64,000 nt of DNA from the NCBI RefSeq assembly GCF_000150275.1, contig NW_002060977.1:315235-379234 (forward strand), read 5' to 3'. This document shows, piece after piece, positions 1-13,200 of the stretch. Origin of the DNA: Trichoplax adhaerens (lineage: Eukaryota; Animalia; Placozoa). The first letter of the stretch is position 1; the number at the start of each line of letters is the position of its first letter. The translations under genes were made by a program, and so were the position numbers. The notes beneath the pieces were generated by a model that had not been told where the DNA came from, did not search any database, and worked only from the letters and a program-made list of their open reading frames with translations.

Positions 1-1814
1 ATTAATTGCTATAGCCGAGGATAGGTGCTTGCTTTCATCAGCATCTAAATTTACCAAACCTACTTCTATTTATCATCTTACATGAAGTAATAATGACAAA
101 GTGTATACTATATAAGAAACAAGCAATCACTTTAAAAAACTCCCCATAGACCAAGGGGAAAACCCTACTTTATTTAAACTTTAGCAAATATCTTATAAAA
201 TCAATTAAAAAATATAACAAGGGCAGAATTGCTGCTTCAGCCAATCATACTATCAAGAAAATTTTTCACGGTATCTTGAGCTCCTTAATACTTCCTAACT
301 GGAACAAAAACTTAAACTGCTTTTCTATAGAACCATGCCACCTTTTATATGCTACACAGAGCAGTTAGCGATCGTAGGCTATCATATCACCATTATAAAG
401 CATTCCAAATAAAAATAGCAATTAAACAAATACGATCAGATAAATTGTACCATAGATTTCCGATATTAACAAATCTAAAAATTGTACTTTCAAGTGTATA
501 TGTTTTGCATATATAATACATAACCACAAATTAGACGAAGACAGAACAGTCTTAACTTAGAACCCACATCAAAACGTTTGGGTTTACACTGCATTCAATA
601 AAATAGTAATATGACTTTTACTTCATTTCGTTATCAAATTAGTCATAACGTTTCATCATCACTAAAGTATGAGTATTATACTGACTAAATATATCAAATA
701 AATTACAATCTAAAATCGTGTAATTCTTATCAAAAATTATGCCACCTACTATTCTCAAGTTCTAAACCGAATAAAGAAGTCAAGTTTACAATATGTTATG
801 ATTCTAAATTAAATTTACTGCAATTTAGCCAAACTAAGTTATTTTTAAATCTACAATATTTATTAAAATAATATACTGTAAAGCTTGAAGAAGAATGCTA
901 AAATTAATCTTCGTTACGTTAATGATAGGTTTTCGTCATCAATTAAAAATCTTAGTCTTAGGTTAAATTGACCAATTGTCCGCATTTTCCTACTCACCCA
1001 CAAATTGGTACATAAAATTTATGCATTATGATACAATTGCTTGAACATTATAGAAAGACAAAGCATCCTAACACACAATCTTACGGTGCTTTTTAATAGA
1101 AAAAAAACAACATAGCGATGTGAAAAAATGAAAAAGTAAATGGCAAAGAACGCAACAAGATAATTAAAAGAGAAAATATAACTTTATTTACGTAAAGGTA
1201 CACATGATGGACTTGGCTTCAATCCGTTGTAACAATTATATTATCAAATTATAATCAAAGTATAAAATTCTAATGTAATTTTTAATCATATGAATGCTTA
1301 ATAAAAATATTCTCCTTTTCATATTAGTAATTTTACAACAACTAGAATAGTTCATAAGACATTTTTATAATTAATTACAGTAATTAATTTTTTCAGTTCC
1401 GTATCAATTATTCCGCCAGGGAGTAAATTACAGAAACGTGAGTATTATAGATTACTTTCTTAATAAATTTAATGTATGCTTACGTATTAGTGATATTTTC
1501 GATCTTATTAACTGAAGCTTCAGTGAATGATGTAAATTGTTGTATAAACAATTCTAAACTTAGGAATCAGTAGCCTGAAATATTAGTTTTGAATTATTTT
1601 AATTATGGTCTATCAATCGGCTCGATGATCTTAGAAAGTGAAAATATCCAACTTCCAATTTTAGATAATGGTTATGAATTTGTGATACTTGTTATGCACT
1701 GAAACTGATATACCAGCTTGTATATTTCTGATGACTAATAAAAATTCTTTCAACATTTCCACGTTTCTCACGCACAATATCTTGTCCTTCCGTTGTATTT
1801 TTCTTACGTACATT

Positions 1815-2444
1815 TGTTACGGTGTTAAATACTATATTACAGTAGAAATAACTATGTTAGGATAATTCTGTTAGACTATCCTTGTTTAGTTAACTTCTAA
1901 TTTGGATATACTGTGTTTTAATATAGCACTGACTTTTTATGACAGTGACACTTATACACATACTGAAATTAATAGTTATAATAGGGAATGCAAATCATCT
2001 ACTTACAATTCGAATCATTGCCATTGTAATTTACTTATGCTAGATTGTAAATTATCATGGAAATGTTCCGTGATAGGACATATCGTAATCTGACTATTCT
2101 GTATTAGTCATTGCATGTCTATGTTCGCAAATACTGTTGTCTGCATTAAGGGAGCAGTAGCTATAATTAATATCTAATTCAGTAAATGATTCCGAGGTTA
2201 ATTGTATTAACTATGACTCATGAACTATTGAGGAGTAGTATATAAATGCAGTATATCGTGAAATAAAGAGAATTCTCCAACTTAGTGTTTAACGTAAAAT
2301 ACGAGGCGTTTAAGTCTTTGTGTAGTCTGCTAGTAGAGCAAAAGTGTTTGTGATAGTGCAGATATCGTTCCTTGATACGTGGTTCAAGGAATTGACTTAT
2401 TGATCGTATATTAAGTTATCTTGTTGCAAAGCTGTTTTGTGACA
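1815..2444 (+). mobile_element. Solo-LTR-like element, family A copy 1 (630 bp)
   Basis: TGTTAC...GTGACA termini; exact 5-bp TSD ACATT (1810-1814 / 2445-2449); internal TATAAA followed by AATAAA; near-identical copies elsewhere in the window. Confidence 0.9.
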
Positions 2445-5400
2445 ACATTATAAATATTCTTTTACAGCACCACCATAAGAATCAGATGCTGACCCTCAAT
2501 TATTAGCATAGATTGAAAAATATATTCATGAAATTTGTTCTTTGGTAATATATAACTCCTAATAAGCCTACGATGTTAAACTTTTAAATAAGATTGACAA
2601 AACTATTGAGTAAAATATAGTATTTGCTTTTGTTACGGAAAAAATCGGCTATCCTTTAATCATATTAGTTACTTTTGTTACGATACCAAAAAAATATGCA
2701 TCTTTTTTTGTATTTACGCAATATATATTATACTTTCCTCTTAATCCAATTCTTTTCCAATAAGATGCAGTATCAATTCTGAGCGAAGTATTACACCTAA
2801 TTTAATTAAATTTTCTTAAGATTTCGAGGAGGATAACTAGTTATTTCCCAAACGTATTAAAAACTGAAAGTAGAAACATTTGCAAAATCTATTTTGATTT
2901 GATAGATTCTAATAAAACTTTAGTAACTTGCAGTTTTACGTTCAAGATACTGTAAAATTTTTATATTACAAATGAAACCTTTTTCATTCTATCTTTCTTT
3001 AGGTGCTCGCAGACAATTTAAATAAAGACTCTCGTTGCATCATTTACGAATGCGGCATTTTATTATTATATTTATGGAAGTAAACTACAGCAATTAATAC
3101 AGGATTGATTTATTTGTGATCTCAGCACACGTGATCAATCAATAACATAATGTCATAAGTAATACTTATTTTTGGCCTATTTAAGATTCACCTGCTAACA
3201 AATATTAAAACGAAAGTCATAATTCTGTAATTTTTTTACTTTTAATTTCCGTATCATTGACACCCTCCAATACGAATAGAGCTCTTTATCTTATGACCAT
3301 CGAAGGCTATTAGAAAAGCTAATATTAGCTAGACAGTCAGAACCTTGGGAATTGAGTTTCTTAAAATAAAACGACGATCTCAATCATTTTTTATTCCACA
3401 TATGTATTAAAGAGTTTATCAAATTTAAATATCAATAATCAAAAGTTTAAATTGCTAAGGCAAAATCACACGATGAAGACTGTAACTTTACGATTCTGCT
3501 TAGTTAATAGCAATAAAAATGTTATGATACTGTATTTAACTTTACAAACAGCCAGTGATATGAAAGATTATTCAGATTAATAATTTTTAATCCAAGATAA
3601 TTTAGAATTTTCTCAATATGATAAACAATTTTTACATCTCTATAACTCAGAAGTTTAATTTCCTTCTAAATTAGTAGTAATTATGAATTTAAAATAACAT
3701 GGTACGATTCTGCTGGTGCGCTAGCTATGTGACACTTCAATAAGAAATTTATCCGGCTAACAAAAAATGAGATAAAAATAAAAGAGCTAAGTAAGATTTT
3801 AATAATTTAAATACATATGTGCCAAGATAATAAGGTCAAATAGTAATAGCATTCTAACTTTCAATACAATCAAAATAACAAATTTTATTTCTATTGAATA
3901 ATGAATAAAAGCAGCTATCCTGATTCAAAGCTTAATTTACATACTATTACATTGCAATCTAATATTGTACATACTACTACACTGGTAGTATATCCCGTTG
4001 AAAAATGCTTAATCAATCTATTTATCGAAAGAAAAGATAACATCTATTAGAATTTTCCATAGCTCTATAAATTAACTAGTAAGATCAAGAAATACAGATT
4101 TATCTATTCAAATAAACTGCAAACTAATTTTTAAAGGAAGAGAATTATTCTTTAGCAAAAAAGATAACGAACAAGTTGGCTAATTAACGATATCTGACTA
4201 CCTTTTGTCTACATGAAGATACAAGAAATGGTTATTGTGGACGTTCGAATTCTCCTTCTAATTTTTATTGGTAAGAAAATATCACGGTAATCGAATAAAA
4301 TTCTGCAACAAAATTTTTGCATCCTTTTATACCTAAAATCTTACCTAAAGTCTTAAAGATTCACATTTTCATCTAATGCCAGAGTGAAATGGCTAAGCTG
4401 CTATTTGCAAATAAAATTTTCTAATTCTCTGATAATACTAAAATTCACATTAATGAATACTGTAGTCATTCGTCCCCATAACTCTAAAAAATATTAACTA
4501 GATACTTTTTTACTTGTAAAATGTGATCGCCCTTCATCTACACCATAGATAAAATAAAGTTAAGATTTTACAAACAGTAATACTCGATGTCAGTTTGGTT
4601 TAAGTTCGAATGGACAGATATTGATTTACTTTTAGCAAAATTTGAGTTAAAATTCATTACGTATTCATTCTCTAGCGATCGTCATTTAAAGCTATAATTT
4701 CAATGAATTAAAAATATTTAGGAAGTAGGGTTAAATTAAAAACTGTAACGTTTAATGATAAACTTTGATAGTTCTGTTAGTCATTCGTTGAAATTAGCAA
4801 ATTTCGGCCAGTAATAAATTTAGTAGTTCGATAGCTGGCAATAAAAGATGTCGTAACCTTAATAGATATATCTAATTACTGATCAGAAATTTGCAAAACT
4901 ATCACACCGTTGATTTGACAATCTTTACCTTCAACAGTTACACAGACGGTTCATGCTTAGTTATGTATCCATTTAATTTAAGTTCCGTAAGGTAATGTAA
5001 CAATTCACAGTGTAAATAAGGATAAGTTTCATAAGGCGAATCAGAATTGTTTATTTATTTGTATAATTTGGTTTTACAAGTAATTTAATTTTAGATTTAA
5101 GTATAGCAATTGTTGCTGAACTAATGCGAAAATTTACAATAAAGTATGTGTTTTTATGGTTAGTACACTTGTAGTTTTTCCGTCATTAAAACGACTTGTG
5201 GTTTAATACTGGCTATTGGTAATAAATGTATAAAATAATTATTTAAAATTTATCAGGGAATTGTAACTGTTTCGACGTCCTGGTCTTTTTCGATAACGTA
5301 ATTAATAGTTAATGAAATATTAAACTAGAACGATACCATAGAAGTTATAGTATCTTATAGCATCACTTCCGCTACTGCACTATCAATCTTCATAGACTGC

Positions 5401-6843
5401 AGTATCACATAATTTAGATTCTTATGTAATATTGTTGCTTTAGAAATGTTAGGCATTGTCGAATAATGTTAATCGTATCAAAAACTTAAGAGCTTTTTAT
5501 CATTGAATTTTAATGCTTGAATGCCTACTTACTTATATTCCTGTAACCGTAGCAATTATTATTAGTTAGCACAATAAAGTATGTTTGTCACCAACTCTGA
5601 TCATATTTTACGTGCATACTGCGAACAATTTGATTACGATATACGAAAGCATATACATGCATGTATGCATATCTATACCTAACCTCACGACAACAACCAG
5701 TAATCCTTTAACGTTTTTAAATTATCAGTATCAATCCGATGGCATTCACGTTATAGATTTGTTTATCAAATTTTATTTAATTGCAATTTAAATATTTTAA
5801 TTCAAGTACAACTTTCGCCCAAAAAATTTATCATAAATCGATTCTGTGACAAAGTAGCGTGAAGGGTAGATCTTAAAGGTCAAATTTCTTTAATATCCAA
5901 CTATATTAGATATTTGATGAAAAAAGAAGCTCATCTCTACCCTTTCAGATTATATGATAGCGCAAATTCCCTTTTATTTCATAAAATATGCACAACTAGG
6001 AAATGTAAAACAGAATATTTTGTCGCATTTAATGCTAATTCCATTATTTATTAACAGCTAATATCAACTTTACATCGGCAAAAATTAATTGCATTAATCG
6101 CCGATCTACTTGGTTAATTTGCAATGGATTTCCACAAGACAGTAATGGCAACATTAATATATCGTCAAAATTACCAAAACTGTAAGTCGATAGCTTAAGC
6201 CAGCATAGTTTCTAAGCGAGCATGCTGCAGTCTCTGAAATCTCTGCATCGCCTTTGCTTAAAAACTGATTTGCTTATATTGCTTTTAAAATATCCATATA
6301 GAGTCAGATATTATAGCAGTTGGTAATGTTTGAAAACTCTGCTAAAACTAAATAATTTGATTGCCAAAAATACTAAAGTTTGCGAGCTTAAATTTTCCTA
6401 TCCGTATTTTCTATGGCTTAATCGATTTTAAGCAAATTCTAGAGTAATTCTAGGTAGTATGCATCCATAATATTTATTAATACAATACTACTTTTCAAAA
6501 TAGAATCATATTGCCAAAACGTTCGGGTAGTTTCTAGTTACTGGTTGCAAAGCGTTACACGGATTTTCAAGCTTTTATTTAGATTAGAGCATTGGCGTAC
6601 ATAAAGGAGCAAAATAACACTAACTGAAAAACTGTTTTAATGACCCCCTTATATTAGCTTTGTTAGTAAAATTTCATCTGTAAATGCTTTTCAGCGAAAA
6701 AATGTACTGATGTAACTATTACAGTATTTCGACTAAATTAATATTGTGCGTCGTAAAATTTTTATTTTAATTATATGTACGTGTGCTATTTTATTAGATT
6801 TAACAGACATTATAGGACGGAATTTCTATAACAATGATTTAAG

Positions 6844-7239
6844 TATCATAGTGATTGTGATTTTTCGGAGATTAAGAGTCCGCTATATTCTCCAGAAATT
6901 ACAAGAAAAACGAATAAGAGAAATACTGGTCTTCATTGTATAATATATGTTCAACATACGCGTATATACTAAAATAGAATAGCGGTCAATAAAGCTAGCC
7001 AGCTTCCCGTGTGTAACTAGCAGAAGTAATAAAAGAGATATATGCAGAAAGATAATTCATATAACACAAGAATCATATTATGAGAGAATTATTCATATAC
7101 GCGAACGAGTAATAAGACTGACATACTTCGATCTTAATGTATTTCCATAATACAATTGGATCAGAGTATAAATAGAACGTAAATAGAGTTATACTATAAT
7201 ATAATTAAAATTAACTTTTACTAAGAAGTAGACACTATA
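6844..7239. mobile_element. Diverged repeat, family D (LTR-like), immediately upstream of the gene 1 ATG
   Basis: Shares gtgat..ttcgga(a)gatt near its start, taactagcagaa internally and agaagta.acacta.a at its end with 26303-26771. Confidence 0.55.
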
Positions 7240-7287
7240 GTGACCGTCTTTTTTCTACTTTAAGAGAGCTTATTAATTTCACTTGCT

Positions 7288-10200
7288 ATGAGAAATACGG
7301 TACCTTTTATTATTATAACATTATTCCAGTCATATGAATTAATGATTGCTTCCGATAATTGTCGACGGACGCCATATAAAATAAATGGACAGTTCTTTGT
7401 ATTCAAGCAAGGAGGTCCGAATCTGAGCTTAACTTGGCCGAAAGCCGCAAGTTAGAACATAATACGACAACGTGATTAGTATTAATATGTAACAATACCT
7501 ATGAAACTATTTCATGGTGTATAAAGAGTAAATTTATAAATTTGAAGCCTTATCTTTGAGCGAAATTGTAGGTTAACCCCGTTAATTTCAACGTAAAAGT
7601 TTAAGCTTGCGACCTCTAAAAGGCAAAAAATGACGTAATTTTGCGTCGTAGTTGTCAAATAGTGCCAATAAAAAATAAGCATAACCCATCATTTATCAAG
7701 CTATGCTGAATTATTATGCACGCCGATCTCTTAAGGATGCTTAACATTTTGAATTAAAATTTACGAAAAGAAATGCCTGAAACAAATCTATATTTAATTA
7801 TTTAAAGCTATACTTCGTTGACTTTCAGCTACAGTACGGGCATTTAATAAATGTTAGTTTCCTAAGATCCTTGTAGATCCAAGATAGTCTTAGATCGTAT
7901 CTCTATAATAAATTAACATAATTTTCTATCTCGTAATTTGATTTAACTATATATTATGTTTCAAACAATTGACAATTTAATTCAATTAATTGTCGAAGTT
8001 ACTACTTATATCTTAAATTGAAAAATTGAATTGGATTTATATTATTTATTAGATATATTATATATATAGCCAAGTATTCTTATGACCTCAATTGATTTAA
8101 TTAACTAGAAATTATTCCCTTCTAATTGTGTCCGTAAAGTTATCTTAAATATAAATGGAGCATTTACGGGAAATAATGTAATAATGCCATGTAAAAACAG
8201 ATATTTGATGTCTACGCTTGATCAGAAGAAGACAAAACTGCTCTAACAATTTGTGCTTTATTACCCACTGTCAACTATTACATCTGAATGGGACTATTTT
8301 AGTGATTAAATAGAATTATTCTATGCTTACAAATCATGTTAACGTTGCATATAAGGTTTAAATAAATTTTTTTTTATTAATATCAAATAGTAAATTTAAT
8401 TTCCAAACCATGAAGTTAAGTAATGATGCTCTTGCTGTAAATAAAATAGAAGCAATCCATAAATTGAGCTAATTTTTTCCTTTTACTTTTAATTAGAATA
8501 ATTCAAGATGTTACCTCCGATTTTTTAGATCCAATAGTAGACTGTGGTGTATTTCAGGAAGTGTATGTACTTGATTCTTACCGTTTTCGCTAAACCGAAA
8601 GCAGTCATTTTTTACAAATCAATTAAGATCTACAAAGTAGGAAATAATTATCTTGCTCCCTTTACTTATCTTAACAGGACTCTTCGATTCTCTCAAGCTA
8701 AAACTATAAAACCAAATTTTTTTGCGGCTTGTCGTGAAATGAAGCATTTGTAAGTACTACAAAAGAAATTTCCCTATGCTGATCTTTATGAAACTGCTTG
8801 CTGCCATATTATCTGCTATGCATCGTATATCTTTCATTGTGCTAGTACCTACAAAAAAATACATCATGCAATAAAAATAATAAAGGTAGCATATTCCATG
8901 CTCTCACGGTCAAGCAAATTTGGAGGACTATTGCGCTATCTTTACTTCTATTTGTTATGATTCATTGTCACAAGCCGGCTTTGTGATAAGATAACATAAA
9001 AACATATTCTAAATTCCCAAGCTTCCGAGATTTACTATCCTTAAACTATTTATAAGCGTTTAGACGCTTTTGTTTCCACATTGCACAACTAGAAAACTGA
9101 TTTTACTCAACTATCTGCCAAACTTATATACCTTATGACAGCAGCTAACTTTAATAAATCATCTTATAACAATAGTTTTAAATATGAACATCTACTAACT
9201 GATTTTACATAGTAAGACTACAATACAAGATATCTATTCACAGAATCATTTCAGTACACTTACGGTCAACTATTAGTCAGAATTACAGCCACAACTACAT
9301 AAGAATTTTTTTTCAGTACCAAGTGTAATTTACTATAATACTTTATAAATTATATAATTGTTAATGATTACTGCAGTAAGAAATTAATCGTAATCTCCAT
9401 TTAGAAATATTAAATTCGCGAAATTTAGTCATTTAATTCTTCATGGTAGTTAGTACATTAATATTCGTATGATCACGAGTCTTTTAGATAGAACTGAATA
9501 GGGCCTCAATATATCGAACGACATCAGTGCTTGATTTTGACAGATATTAAGCCGGAATACCTTGGCTACGTTAATTCCCTATATAGACCCAAATACAGCG
9601 CAGTAAAGCTCAAATAATAGTACACTTTCATATTTTCAACTGTGTGCATGGTTACTATGTTAATGATTGTTAATAATTAATTTTAAAATGACGTTTCTTT
9701 TAATTTTGATTCTCGATGTTTTTGGTTGGATAAAAAAGATTGGCCTTTCCATGTTAAGTCACTTAGGTTGTTAATCAATTCCAAGACTTCTTTATTGAAA
9801 AATATATTGTAATTTGCGAAATGCCTAATCAGTTACCGAAAATGCGCAGTTAAAGCCAATAACTTAATTCTATGTATTAGCTCACGCTATAAAAAATATT
9901 AAATCAGAGAATCCTCTTTCTTTACTGACAGCTAATTCATTGCAATAATCCAAAAGATCAATAAGAAAATGTTATATACCACTATTTTACTTTGAATATG
10001 CAATATGACTAATTTATACGTATGCGATAATTAAAAATCTTATGCCTTTTACGAGTATTCAAATACTTATACATAGATTTGCAGGCGCTAATGCAGTACA
10101 GATAATGAATGAAATAAGTACCAAAATTACATGATTAATCTATAGTCTGTTTTCCCTTATTAAAAGTACTGTATCACTATATTTTAGAATATTCCTTGAC

Positions 10201-13200
10201 GTGATAGTAACATCTGAAATGGAAGATTTATTCGCAAATTCTTCGAAACTTTCTCATATGTAAGCAAATTACAGCGTTAATTAATACGATGATTACCAAA
10301 ATTGCATTACAAATAAATTGTTTAATGATCATTTCTATATGTCCCATTCCGTATACTATGGTAGCCAAATAACTAGGAGTCAATTTGGTAGCAATAATCT
10401 CGCTAGGGCAGTCGGACGTTTGCCTGCTCTGAAAACAGTGTAAGGCGCTGATTCAATTCCTTACTGCTTTTACATGTAGTAGCTACTAAAGTTATCATTT
10501 GTATTATTACCTGGGCTTCAGTACTTTGGACTATAACACCATTGGTAATAACAACATCGATATCAAGTTATTAATCAACAAAAATATTACATCGTTGGTG
10601 ACAATGTAAGTGTATTAATAAAGTTTTTAATAAGATCCTTAATCAATTTTTTAAAGTATTACAACTGATATGAATAACATGGCCAGTGAACTCTACTGTG
10701 TAGTACCGATTCTGCTGTAAATTAATTAGCAAAATGATAAATAATTTTTTCTGCACTTTAATCTAAATGTAAACGGAGTTGCAATTCTTCTTTCAGTAGT
10801 TGTTACTCTATCAATGTTAGTAGCTATACTGTACATCAAAATATCGAGTATTGTATTGGATAATTATGTTGGCGAAGATTCGAAAAAGAAATTAACATTT
10901 TGTGAGGAAATCGCTCCTATTTATGCTTAATATAAGAGACTATAAAACTAATCGAGTAGAGTTAATTTTAGATGTTAATTGTTTTATGGCTTATCACACT
11001 CTATATAATCAATACCAAGCTACCATATGTAATAATATTGCATAAAAATTGTAGCATAATCGGAATAAAAGTTGCATAGTCTTTACGTGATCATAGAATA
11101 CATCATCACATATTACTGCCTTTTTGGAACCGTTTAAAAATACTTCTTGCGCCATTAGGGACCTATCCGGAAATTCTTTAACTTCCTTAGGTCAAGGAAC
11201 GTTTCAAAATTATCAAATGTTGCAGACATTGTAAGCATCATAACGGTATTTTATCCTTACGTATGCATTTGATCGAGTAAACTTAATCAAAAAATTGTTA
11301 GCAATCTTCATCAAAAGATGTGAAATGGATAAAGCTCTTCAATAGCAATCAAATATTAAAATTTATGAACAAGAATTGAGAAAATATCAGCAAATTATCT
11401 ATATAAGTCTGTATTGAGCAGTCCTGAATGAGAATTAATAATTTTAATTTCTAATACGAAATGCGCTTTAATTCTGCTCAATAAAATTTCAATCAGTTCG
11501 ATGAAAACATTATTAAAATGTAAGTAAAAAGTTTGGCATAGATTAACTTAACTAACATTTTTTAATTTTTTGCATAGAATTTTAGACAAAAACAAGATTC
11601 AGTACCTTTCTAATGAAACATTTATTGGCTTATCTAGGCTAAAGAATTTGTAAGTTTGCAGATTTGAGATTGTGATATATACCAATCACGAAATTCCAAA
11701 TTTTAGAAAAATAAGAGCTTTATTGAATCTTATACAAAGATTAACTACACACAGCTCTACTCTAGTCGAATACTACTACTAAAGACTTCTACAACGAACT
11801 AACAGAATAATCTAAAGTTGCATGCTTTATACTTTCCGTAGCATTCACAGCTACAATCCGCATGGCAACCTTTTACCTTATTTTACACATAGTTAAATTA
11901 TTCTTAGTAAGACTATTCTACTACGGACCATCATTAATCCAATATGGATACGACTACAGTACTTACGTAGACATTATTCACACCAGCCAAAGTACAATGA
12001 ATTAAGCATATCCTAATATATGATTTATAGTTCTATTTTTACCTATAGCCTTATTAGTAACTTAACACCTTACTGTATATAGTCATCTGTACTCGAGTAT
12101 AGAGTCTATATCACTACAGTCTATAGTTATAGCTACCAAATATCTCTTAGGATAAATATCTACCGTACATTATACTAAGCATGGCTAACAGTCTACAATC
12201 ACAATACTAGTTACATTACAGAGATATATAATAAAGTATAGATATTAATTTCATTTCATTCCTCTCACAGAAAAATAACTGGAAATCAAATTGATGAAAT
12301 AGAGAATGGGACTTTTAAACCGCTGAAACAGTTACAGTTGTTGTAAGTAAAGAGCATAATTGCATAGACTTTAAGTCCCATTAATCTTTTCTTTAAATAT
12401 CAGTAATATGATACGGAATAAATTTTTCCATTCCGATATAATCAAACAGACGTGTTGATATACTTCTCTAAGATAAAAACTGATTTACTCACTAACAAAA
12501 ATTTCATTGCTTAATTGTTGCTTCATTAAATAGAAACCTAGAGAGCAATTTCATATTATCTGTTCATGAACAAACGTTTGTGGGATTAAGCTCCTTGACA
12601 TATCTGTATGAATAAGAGACTTGCTAATTGTTATAGGAATCAATAACTGTTCTAAGATACTTAACTATTAAGTCAATCTTCGCTTTATGAACAGTAATCT
12701 AGGCTATAATAGAATCAGCAAGAGCAGCCATGATATTTTCCGACCAATTTCTAACATACGTACTATGTATGATAACAATATAGACATTAATTAATGAATG
12801 CTGCAACACTACTTTTAGTCATTTCCATCATAAATTTGTAGAAACCTTTTCATGCTTTCGATTTTATTCAGTGTGCATTAGCATACTATTAACTAATAAA
12901 ATTTTACTTAATGCTACTAATGCCACTTTCTGAAAATAAACTGATCGTAATTTCGTCTTAGGAAATTATCCTATAATCAATTTACTGGAGATACTGATGG
13001 TCTGATAAAGAATTTACGTTTCCTTTCTGAACTGTTAGTGCAGAATGTATTCATATATTTTACGGTTGATAGGACGATAAATTAATTGGCAACTGTAGCA
13101 TTTCTAGATTCAGACTTAGTCATAGAAGCATTGTTATGCAAAAAAGACACTACAATTACTCTGTAACTCAATATTTGCAACAATTGGTTCGTCATAATTA

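Noticed and set aside
1902-2093. Repeated 63-aa ORF MDILCFN... (also 16795-16986 and 35137-35328) as a small multicopy protein
   Set aside because: Starts at TTG, lies inside the family A repeat, and is not retained in copies 4 and 5; conservation reflects recent repeat copying.
5874-6650. Possible Kolobok-like MITE (ttaaaggtca ... tgaccccctta), and a piggyBac-like ttaaccc start at about 7573
   Set aside because: Terminal inverted repeats are too imperfect and there is no second copy in the window.
8544-8753. Short ORFs 8544-8753, 19034-19255 and 19695-19958 as independent genes
   Set aside because: They are intron read-through frames that each contain one LRR exon of gene 1.
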